DNA of 64,000 nucleotides, taken from contig CAWVRN010000005.1 in NCBI GenBank assembly GCA_963932905.1, positions 32,001 to 96,000 of the forward strand, written 5' to 3'. Source of the DNA: an uncultured Bdellovibrio sp. (GTDB lineage Bacteria; Bdellovibrionota; Bdellovibrionia; Bdellovibrionales; Bdellovibrionaceae). Of this stretch, positions 49,948 to 57,978 are shown one piece after another. Position 1 is the first letter of the stretch. The number at the start of each line of letters is the position of its first letter. The notes below the pieces were generated by a model. It did not search any database, was not told the origin of the DNA, and worked only from the letters and a program-made list of their open reading frames with translations. Made by a program: the position numbers and the translations under genes.

Positions 49948-50543
49948 TGAAGCGCATTTTAATCACGGGCTTTGAGCCTTTTAGCGATATAAAAAATAAT
50001 CCCAGCGAAACATTAGTTCACGATCTGTATCAGCAATTAAAAAATCAAAAAAAAGTCGACGTTCAGAAGATGATTTTACCGGTAGATTACTTGAAAGCAG
50101 AAAGTGATTTAAGTAAAATCGATTTTGCAAATTATGATTTTGTTTTTCAATTTGGTGTCGCATCTAAACGAACGAAAGTGTGTCTAGAACGAGTGGCACT
50201 GAACTGGATTGAATCTTCGATCCCTGATAATTCTGGTGCTCATCCCAATTGCCGACCTATTGATGACACCTTGGAGTCTTCGAAAATTAACACTTTAGAT
50301 CTGCAGAAACTGGCGGCACGGTTGAATTCGGAGTTTCCTGAATCGGTTGAAGTGTCCTTGTCAACCGGTGCTTATCTTTGTAATTTCGTCTATTTTAAAA
50401 CACTGTCTAAAACTTCGAAATGTTTGTTTGTTCACGTTCCATCATCACTAGTAAATGAAGGTCGGGATTGGAGTCGCACTACAGATACCTATAGAAACAC
50501 GCTGGCCCAAATAGCCTTTCGTATCATTGAATTTACGCTTTAA
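49947..50543 (+). CDS. pcp: Pyroglutamyl-peptidase I (C15)
   Basis: ILITGFEPF, LERVALN, GAYLCN, FVHVP (Glu-Cys-His). Confidence 0.9.
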   Translation: MKRILITGFEPFSDIKNNPSETLVHDLYQQLKNQKKVDVQKMILPVDYLKAESDLSKIDFANYDFVFQFGVASKRTKVCLERVALNWIESSIPDNSGAHPNCRPIDDTLESSKINTLDLQKLAARLNSEFPESVEVSLSTGAYLCNFVYFKTLSKTSKCLFVHVPSSLVNEGRDWSRTTDTYRNTLAQIAFRIIEFTL

Positions 50544-50580
50544 GATTTTTGTACATCATCCGCAATGAATCTTAAAAAAG

Positions 50581-50970
50581 CTAATGAAGTGATTCTGGGC
50601 AGACTAAATAGAACTCTGGGATTTCGATCGAGTATTCTTCGCCCTCGTCTGTCATCATTTGGTAGAAACCTTTCATTGATCCACACGATGTCGTTAAGGG
50701 GCAAGCGCTGTCGTATTCAAATGTTTGGCCAGGTTGGATTTTGGGTTGCATCCCGATAACGCCTGGGCCTTTAACTTCTTCAATGCGGCCAAAAGCATCG
50801 GTAATGATCCAATGGCGGTGTTGAAGTTGGGCGCACACAGGGCCAACGTTCTTAATCTGAATTTTATATGCAAAAAAATAATAGTTATGGTGCGGACGAG
50901 ACTCGGCCTCGACATACACTACTTTGGCTTGAATTTGAAAGGTCGGTTCAACAGTTTTAATTTTCGACAT
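50581..50970 (-). CDS. apaG: ApaG protein
   Basis: RHWIITD, GPGVIGMQP, GSMKGFY. Confidence 0.95.
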   Translation of the reverse strand: MSKIKTVEPTFQIQAKVVYVEAESRPHHNYYFFAYKIQIKNVGPVCAQLQHRHWIITDAFGRIEEVKGPGVIGMQPKIQPGQTFEYDSACPLTTSCGSMKGFYQMMTDEGEEYSIEIPEFYLVCPESLH

Positions 50971-51007
50971 ACGGTAAATGAAAAGTTAATCAACTTGAAG
51001 TTCGAAT

Positions 51008-52012
51008 TCAAGCTTTAAATGGCAAGTTGTGTAGCTTGAAAAAGATTGGGTAGTGGTCTGATGGCAATTCTAGCTTTTGTTCTAGCGTCGTGGGCAGGTC
51101 TAAGGCGAAACCATAGGCATCTTTATAGCGATAAACCATAGCCGAAGTTTTATCTAAATATTGCGCGGCTTTGGGTGTTAAAAAGCAAAAATCAATCTGG
51201 CGACCTTCACTGCGTAAGCCACTGCGGACCTGGGCATAAGTAGCCCGTTTATCATCGGCTTGTCCGCTCAGTTCTAAGACATCCTGCATTTGGGTGTTTT
51301 GATATAAATACTTAAATTCTTCATCCGTCATGCGGGACGAGGCATTGCCGTTAAAGTCACCGGCTAGTATCAACGGAACATTGGGGTTTCGTTTTTGAAC
51401 TTCGTTGGCAATGTCGATAACGGTTTTAAGTTCTGCTTGTCGCCTTGCAAATCCACCCGGGTCTTTCTTTTCAGGATCAAGGCGAGATTTTAGGTGTGTT
51501 AACAAGATATTCAAAAATGGCTTGTCGGACTCGCGTACGAACAGTTTAAGTTCTGCGCAGTCACGAGATAGCTTGTGCTCGGGCGGGTTCTTTAAAAACT
51601 TTTCAGAGTCGTAATTGAAATTGATCAATCGATGCTTGTTCGTCGATAAGTCGAAATAGAATGGCATGTTTTTGCGTACTAGGAAACCAACGTCTATATT
51701 ACGATCAGAATTTCCTTCCATTAACGCGGTCGAGTATTTGTTCTCTAGAAAAAGCTCGTTGAAATGTTTTAAAGATTCAGGGCCGCCGACTTCACAAAGT
51801 AAGATAATGTCGGGGTCCATGTCTTTAAAGGTACGCGCCAGTTCTTTTAGCTTATTTAAATTTTTATTTGGGTAGATCGAAGTCGATAGTTTTTGCCACT
51901 GAATTTCGTCTAATTTAGTATGCTCTATAGTAGGAGGCTGGTCGAATAGCAGAAACAGGTTTTCTGTATTGAGTAGCGCAATTTTTAAATCAATTGATTC
52001 AGTCCAGGGCAT
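51008..52012 (-). CDS. Endonuclease/exonuclease/phosphatase family protein
   Basis: NTENLF, LCEV, THLKS, AGDFN, IDF, SDHYP. Confidence 0.9.
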   Translation of the reverse strand: MPWTESIDLKIALLNTENLFLLFDQPPTIEHTKLDEIQWQKLSTSIYPNKNLNKLKELARTFKDMDPDIILLCEVGGPESLKHFNELFLENKYSTALMEGNSDRNIDVGFLVRKNMPFYFDLSTNKHRLINFNYDSEKFLKNPPEHKLSRDCAELKLFVRESDKPFLNILLTHLKSRLDPEKKDPGGFARRQAELKTVIDIANEVQKRNPNVPLILAGDFNGNASSRMTDEEFKYLYQNTQMQDVLELSGQADDKRATYAQVRSGLRSEGRQIDFCFLTPKAAQYLDKTSAMVYRYKDAYGFALDLPTTLEQKLELPSDHYPIFFKLHNLPFKA

Positions 52013-52071
52013 AATACTACTATTATGCTGTGGGTAAATACACTATGCAAATCGAAAAGTAAGGAAAAGTC

Positions 52072-53592
52072 ATGAAATCACTAATATTTCCTAAAATTAA
52101 ACCATGGAATGCAGATCTAAAAAATCTTATCAAATCGATAGATTTGTTTAAGTCTCAATTCAAAAAGAACCAAACTAGACAAGGCCTAGTCATTGTAACC
52201 AGTGCTATGGATCAGAATCAGAAGGACGAGGTATTTAAGACCATCTTCGACAAACTAGCCCTGGATTGGGAAAAGAAAACAAGTGCCAAGTCATTTGCCT
52301 CGGATACCTTGTATTTCCAGACGAATTGGGGATTGGTGTGGTTATGCAATCAGCCCAAATCATCGGCTAAGTTTTTTTCAGATTCGGAATGGACTTGGGC
52401 TAAAGAAACATTTGGATCATTACTTGGGCATTTCCGATTGCACAAATTAAAGCAGGTTTATGTATACACGGGCGAAGAAAAGAAATCGGTGATTGTGCCG
52501 GCCCTTGTTGGTCTTGAAATGGCGTTTTATCAATTCAAGAATTTTTCTGAGTTGAAATCTGATGATCTACCTGAAATTCATTTCGATAAACTGGATAAAA
52601 ACGATGTTCGTGAAGCACAAAACTTTGCGACGAGTTTGAATCTGACTCGTCATCTTGTCAACTTACCGCCAAATCAGCTGACGCCAAAAAGTTTCGTTCA
52701 AATGGCAAAAGGACTGAAATGGGGACGCAATGTTAAAATTGAAGTGTGGGATCAGCGCCGACTAGCTAAAGAGAAAATGAATTTACATTTAGCGGTCGGG
52801 CAGGGGTCCGATAACCCACCGTACTTGCTACATATTAAGTATGCTAAACGTGGAAATGCAAAATCGATCGCGTTTGTTGGCAAAGGGATCACATTCGATA
52901 CTGGCGGATTAGATATTAAACCCGCGTCAGGTATGCGTTTGATGAAAAAAGATATGGGTGGTGCTGCGGCAGTTCTTGGATTAGCGCACTACGTGGCTCA
53001 GCATGATTGGTCTGTTGATTTTGATTTCTATATGGCACTCGCTGAAAATTCTATCAATGGAAATGCCTTTAGACCTAGTGATGTGATCACATCACGTGCT
53101 GGCTACACTGTTGAAATTGATAACACGGATGCAGAAGGGCGCCTAGTCTTAGCCGACTCCTTAGATTTAGCAACGAAAGGAAACAACAAACTGGATTGCG
53201 TGGTGAATGTGGCAACATTGACCGGTGCGATCAAAGTGGCGTTAGGTGCAGATGTAGCGGGATTGTTTACGAATGACGATGAGTTAGCCGATGAATTGGT
53301 TTCATCGGGTCGTCGTATGGGTGATCATTGTTGGCGAATGCCTTTGGTTGATAAATATTTTGGTGGCCTAAGCAGTTCGTTTGCCGATTTTAAAAATTCG
53401 TCCGAAGGTTTTGGTGGCGCCATTACGGCTGCGCTGTTCTTGCAGAAATTTGTGAATCAAAAACGATGGGCTCATTTAGATATCTATGGATGGAATGATA
53501 AACCGACAGGCAGCTTGGGATTTTCAGGTGGCAGTGGCCAGGGTGTTGGCATGCTGATCGACTTTATTAGTAAATATAGAATTGAAAAGTAA
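52072..53592 (+). CDS. M17 leucyl aminopeptidase
   Basis: VGKGITFDTGGLDIKP, MKKDMGGAA, NTDAEGRLVLAD, ATLTGA, HLDI. Confidence 0.95.
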   Translation: MKSLIFPKIKPWNADLKNLIKSIDLFKSQFKKNQTRQGLVIVTSAMDQNQKDEVFKTIFDKLALDWEKKTSAKSFASDTLYFQTNWGLVWLCNQPKSSAKFFSDSEWTWAKETFGSLLGHFRLHKLKQVYVYTGEEKKSVIVPALVGLEMAFYQFKNFSELKSDDLPEIHFDKLDKNDVREAQNFATSLNLTRHLVNLPPNQLTPKSFVQMAKGLKWGRNVKIEVWDQRRLAKEKMNLHLAVGQGSDNPPYLLHIKYAKRGNAKSIAFVGKGITFDTGGLDIKPASGMRLMKKDMGGAAAVLGLAHYVAQHDWSVDFDFYMALAENSINGNAFRPSDVITSRAGYTVEIDNTDAEGRLVLADSLDLATKGNNKLDCVVNVATLTGAIKVALGADVAGLFTNDDELADELVSSGRRMGDHCWRMPLVDKYFGGLSSSFADFKNSSEGFGGAITAALFLQKFVNQKRWAHLDIYGWNDKPTGSLGFSGGSGQGVGMLIDFISKYRIEK

Positions 53593-53626
53593 TTATCGAG
53601 TAGGGCTTGGGCAAAGGTTCAGGTGC

Positions 53627-55060
53627 CTACTTTGTTTTTCCAAAGCCCCAAAGTTTATTCTTTTTTAAATATTCGACAACCAGGCTTGGAACTAATTTTT
53701 CCCAACCTTTTTCTTTTTTCTCTATCATTTTTTGAACATCGCTTGAATGGTAATAAGTATCGGTATCATCGCAACCTGAAATATCTAGAATTTGTGAATT
53801 CTCGATAAAGTGTTGGTACAGATGTTTAACCGATTTATCTGGGAAAAAAGACTTCGTAGTCAAACACAGCAAATCATTCTTGTGAGGATAAATATAAAGC
53901 TTTGTCTGACTATCCAGTAGTTTACCTAGAGCTTCAAAAATGTGGCCTTCCAGCTGTTTATATTTTTCAGGGTCAAATAAATCCGCTAAATGGCGTGCGC
54001 TCATAACCATGACAAGGGGAGCTTGTGTATAATTTCTAAAGAATTTTTTCATTTCATAAAAGTATTTGAAATTTGAAATCAGCACGTAGTAGCCAAGGCT
54101 AGTAATAACCTGAACACGATGCCAGAATTCTTCGACATCAATATCAAACTCACTCGTGATTTCCATAATCGGAAATATGTCACTTGATTTTAGTTTCTGT
54201 TGTTTGATCTCGTGTTTAAGCTGCTCGTACCCCTTGCTCATCACATCTAGGTGAGTTTGGGTGATGGGACGGTAAAATCCACGTTGAATCAGTAGGCCTT
54301 TTCCCCAAACTGTGTCGGCAATATTAAGAACGGCATCTGATCCTGTTCCTGTTTGTGGACCAAACAGCACGCCTTCGGCAAGACCGCGTTTAACAAGTTC
54401 GATATTCATTTTTTGATTGTTGAAGTTTTTAAATGCGGGACCTGTAAACTTAATCACATCGATAACGATTTGACCCTGCTTTAAACCGTCAACCAAGAAA
54501 TTCATAAAATCAGTTGGGTCTTCTGAATGATAAAATGCAGAGTACACAAGATTCACACCTAACATACCAAGCGCTTCTTGTTGCTGTAGGCGTCGTTGGT
54601 CCATCATGCGGACGTGAAGAATAATATCATTGTGTTCCGCACCTGGTTTTTTTTGAAAACGAATTCCCATCCAACCATGACATCTTGGCGATTCCGCAGA
54701 TCCTGTCGCGACTGTATTGGCGTAAGCAAAAAACGTTGTTTTGTTACCACGATGTTCATTAAGGCGTCGTAGTAAAAGCGAATATTCTTTTTCAAGCATA
54801 CGATTTAGTCGCGATTCGACAACATAACGACCGTTTTTTTCTTTTCCATAGATTTCATCGCTGTAAATCATATCGTAAGCAGAAATAGTTTTCGCAATGG
54901 TCTGCGATGCACGGCCAGCTTGGAAAAAGTGACGGGCAACTTCCTGTCCGGCGCCGATTTCAGCGAAGGCGCCGTATATATTCATGTCCAAATTTACTCG
55001 TAAGGCTTTCCCTGTTGTTGTTCTGGATCCTAAAACTTCAGGTTGTGTTTTATCAGACAT
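53627..55060 (-). CDS. Conserved protein with a C-terminal nicotinate-nucleotide-adenylyltransferase-like fold
   Basis: YGAFAEIGAGQEVARHFF...SAYDM..SD.IYG N-terminal signature; RGFYRPITQTH (degenerate HxGH region); HSS.V...W..LVP..V tail. AAGGAG RBS before ATG 55060. Confidence 0.65.
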   Translation of the reverse strand: MSDKTQPEVLGSRTTTGKALRVNLDMNIYGAFAEIGAGQEVARHFFQAGRASQTIAKTISAYDMIYSDEIYGKEKNGRYVVESRLNRMLEKEYSLLLRRLNEHRGNKTTFFAYANTVATGSAESPRCHGWMGIRFQKKPGAEHNDIILHVRMMDQRRLQQQEALGMLGVNLVYSAFYHSEDPTDFMNFLVDGLKQGQIVIDVIKFTGPAFKNFNNQKMNIELVKRGLAEGVLFGPQTGTGSDAVLNIADTVWGKGLLIQRGFYRPITQTHLDVMSKGYEQLKHEIKQQKLKSSDIFPIMEITSEFDIDVEEFWHRVQVITSLGYYVLISNFKYFYEMKKFFRNYTQAPLVMVMSARHLADLFDPEKYKQLEGHIFEALGKLLDSQTKLYIYPHKNDLLCLTTKSFFPDKSVKHLYQHFIENSQILDISGCDDTDTYYHSSDVQKMIEKKEKGWEKLVPSLVVEYLKKNKLWGFGKTK

Positions 55061-55673
55061 GCTTGTCTCCTTGCGCATTCGATTTCACCCAACCGGTGAT
55101 GGCTAGGCTCAATGCTTTCTCTACAGGGATATTGATTTTTTTGATTTTAGATTTATCAATGAGAATAGTAAAACCGCCTAGTGCGTAACTGAGAGGAATG
55201 TACACGGCTACTTTTTCATCAAATTTTGCTTTTAGATCGGCCTCTTGGGTTCCGGGAACATCTTCAAAATGATCGCGTGTGACTAAACCAACTACATGAG
55301 TTCCATCTTGCAGCTCTACCATTACAACACTTTTTAAATCTTTTTGTCCATCGCTGCTAAATAGGCCCATTAAGTCTTTTAGTGGTGAATACAACGCTTT
55401 GATGAGCGGAACCTGAGTCAGACGATTTTCAATTTGCTCCCAAATTGATTTTGAAATGAAGTGAGTCAGGATCAAACCAAAAATAAATATGAGGATCAGA
55501 GTAGTTAGAAGTCCCAGGCCAGGAATGTAAGATTCTTTTAAGACATCTCGAAAAAACTGTCCCAACATATTTTCAAGAATCATGACTCCGGCGTAGATCA
55601 AGTAGAAGGTAATAACAATCGGAAGGAGGGTGACAAGCCCACGCAGAAAGATGTCGGTGATTCGCTTTAGCAT
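55053..55673 (-). CDS. DUF502 membrane protein
   Basis: FLRGL..LLPIVIT, PGLG, VPLIKALYS..K, VYIP...GGF. Confidence 0.88.
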   Translation of the reverse strand: MLKRITDIFLRGLVTLLPIVITFYLIYAGVMILENMLGQFFRDVLKESYIPGLGLLTTLILIFIFGLILTHFISKSIWEQIENRLTQVPLIKALYSPLKDLMGLFSSDGQKDLKSVVMVELQDGTHVVGLVTRDHFEDVPGTQEADLKAKFDEKVAVYIPLSYALGGFTILIDKSKIKKINIPVEKALSLAITGWVKSNAQGDKHV

Positions 55674-55864
55674 AAAATCATCCTCTCATAGAAATGCTTT
55701 GAAATATATGACTTTGAATACCAGTAGAGCTCACACAAACTTTGGTGTGTATCATAACTAAAGGGTCGACTTTTACGTGTCCGTAATTTCTTACCGTCGA
55801 ATCTTTAAAACTCGCAAAATTTTTTCTAGTAGGGCTTTGTTTTGCACTCACAAAAAAATTTGTA

Positions 55865-55881
55865 CGTATCAGACTGATACG
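55865..55881. promoter_or_regulatory. Perfect 8-1-8 palindrome, candidate transcription-factor site
   Basis: CGTATCAG-A-CTGATACG in the divergent intergenic region. Confidence 0.4.
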
Positions 55882-55976
55882 CTTCAAGGTCTCTTGATCT
55901 TGTGGTTTCGGTTTTCTGGATCTGGGAGGCTAGTTTCAAAATAGCGCGTTTGTTTTTGGGAGTCTCACAAAAGCCC

Positions 55977-56003
55977 TAAAGCGTTCTGGACCTATGTCCG
56001 ATG
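55977..56003 (+). promoter_or_regulatory. sigma28/FliA-like promoter of the S8-PilZ gene
   Basis: TAAAG-N16-CCGATG, about 30 nt upstream of the GGAGG-preceded GTG start. Confidence 0.55.
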
Positions 56004-56031
56004 AAATTAGGGACATCATTTTGGAGGCGTT

Positions 56032-57921
56032 GTGACTGTAATTGAAAAACCGGTACGTTATCTGTTGCCTAATTCGATTGCTCAAATAATGGTTCTTGTT
56101 TCGACATTGATTTTGTCCGTGTCCTCCTCCTTTGCGCAGGCACCTAAAGTCGTACCCGGAGAGTACTTAATTAAGTATCGCGTGGACATGGGATCATCCA
56201 ACGTCATTGGGAAAATTCAAAGTAAAGTAAATTTAAAAGCCGCATTCCCTGAAATGAATATGCTGCATTTCTCAGTTAAACCTGGCCAAGAATCTGCCAT
56301 CGATGAAATCAAAAATGACCCTGAAGTTTTATTCGTAGAACCAAATTACATTCTAGAAAAATTAGATGATGGAACTCCGGGACAAGTTGTCGATCGTCTT
56401 TCCATGGACGAAGTTCAAGCGCAGTCTTCGTTGTCCTATTCACAAAACTACGCAGCGGTGCGAGTAGAGCAAGCCTGGTCTTTGTCGTCGGCTTATTCTG
56501 CTGGTAACCGTCCCATAGTTGCGATTGTCGACACGGGGTTGGATGGCACACATAACCTATTCAAGAACACGAATGCGCTGTGGATAAATCCTAAAGAAAT
56601 ACCAGGGAATGGTATCGATGATGACCAAAACGGATATATCGATGATATTAATGGATGGAATTTTATCACGAATTCGGCGTCCTATGCAGACGACGAAGGT
56701 CACGGTACACATGTAGCTGGTATTGTTGTCGGTGCTGGTTTAGATATTTTCTCGCCGAATTTAGATCAATCCAAAATCCGCATTATGCCACTTAAATTCT
56801 TGGATAAAACCGGTGCGGGCTCAACGTCAAATGCAGTTAAAGCTATCTACTACGCCGTAAATAACGGCGCAAAGATTATCAATAACTCATGGGGTGGCCC
56901 TGGTTATTCAAGTGCTCTTCTTGAAGCGCTGTCGTATGCATACGGTCAACGTGTTTTGATTGTATCTGCAGCGGGTAACAGTAGCAAAAACAATGATTCA
57001 ACCGAAATGTATCCGGCGAACTATGTAGTGCCTAGTAACATTAGTATCGCAGCGTCTAGTGACACGGATAAATTAGCGTCGTTTTCTAACTATGGCGTTG
57101 GCAACGTACATGTCGCTAGCCCAGGTGTTTACATTTATTCATCTTTGCCTGGAAATATGTTTGGGTCGATGTCAGGCACATCAATGGCTGCCCCATTCGT
57201 TTCTGGGATCGCGGCGCTCGCGTTACGAGAAGCGCCATCGTTGACAGGCTATCAATTAAAAAGTTTGATTCTGTCGACGGCCGTACAAGTTGGTCCGTTA
57301 GCAGGCAAAGTCCAAACGGGTGCTCGAGTCGACGCTTATTCGCTGGTTTCACAAGCGAAATCAAATGTGGCCACGGCTGCTTCGCAGCCAGATTATAAGC
57401 CTGCTTACTCTGAGTCTCGTGAGCCCGCATCTGAAACGCAGTCGTCTCCGAAATCTAGCGGTGGTTGTGGATTGGTGAGCTCAGCAATAATGAATCAACT
57501 AGGCGGCGGCGGTGGTGGAGGTATGACTCCAGCCAACGCTATATCATTGATCTTAGTGTTGTCGATGCCATTGGCTTACTTCTTCTATCTACGAACTCGC
57601 AAACCGGCGTCACGTCGTAAATACGATCGCTTCGTTATGAAATCTGATATTAAAGTTAATATCGGCGGACGTGAACTTGTCGCTCAAATGAACACAATTT
57701 CGATGGGCGGTTTAAGTTTCAACGTGGATGAAATGCTTGAAAAAGGTGGATCATTGACAATGAGAATCAAAGGACCGGATGGTGCCGAGCTAGAGGTCGA
57801 AGGCAAAGTAGTTTGGTCAGAAGCGAACCAATCGTATGGGGTTCAGTTCTCTGAGGCCAAGCAAGGATTGGCGCAAACTATTCAAGGCTGGACATCTCAG
57901 CTTGTGAAAACAGATCGCTAG
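56032..57921 (+). CDS. Subtilisin-family (S8) serine protease with C-terminal TM and PilZ domain
   Basis: Signal plus prodomain. Triad motifs VAIVDTG, GHGTHVAG, AAGN, SGTSMAAP. Then SGGCG, a Gly run, a TM, and PilZ-like RKYDR and TISMGG...VEGKVVW..YGVQF. Confidence 0.92.
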   Translation: MTVIEKPVRYLLPNSIAQIMVLVSTLILSVSSSFAQAPKVVPGEYLIKYRVDMGSSNVIGKIQSKVNLKAAFPEMNMLHFSVKPGQESAIDEIKNDPEVLFVEPNYILEKLDDGTPGQVVDRLSMDEVQAQSSLSYSQNYAAVRVEQAWSLSSAYSAGNRPIVAIVDTGLDGTHNLFKNTNALWINPKEIPGNGIDDDQNGYIDDINGWNFITNSASYADDEGHGTHVAGIVVGAGLDIFSPNLDQSKIRIMPLKFLDKTGAGSTSNAVKAIYYAVNNGAKIINNSWGGPGYSSALLEALSYAYGQRVLIVSAAGNSSKNNDSTEMYPANYVVPSNISIAASSDTDKLASFSNYGVGNVHVASPGVYIYSSLPGNMFGSMSGTSMAAPFVSGIAALALREAPSLTGYQLKSLILSTAVQVGPLAGKVQTGARVDAYSLVSQAKSNVATAASQPDYKPAYSESREPASETQSSPKSSGGCGLVSSAIMNQLGGGGGGGMTPANAISLILVLSMPLAYFFYLRTRKPASRRKYDRFVMKSDIKVNIGGRELVAQMNTISMGGLSFNVDEMLEKGGSLTMRIKGPDGAELEVEGKVVWSEANQSYGVQFSEAKQGLAQTIQGWTSQLVKTDR

Positions 57922-57947
57922 TCGTTAGGTAAATTATTGTAATCACC

Positions 57948-57978
57948 AAGCCCAAAGGTTTCGACCTTTGGGCTTTTT
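57948..57978. terminator. Intrinsic terminator with TTCG loop
   Basis: AAGCCCAAAGGT-TTCG-ACCTTTGGGCTT followed by Ts. Confidence 0.85.

Noticed and set aside
55678..55887. 69-aa minus-strand ORF, or a c-di-GMP riboswitch, in the intergenic gap
   Set aside because: No clear RBS or recognisable protein features, and no riboswitch consensus recognised.
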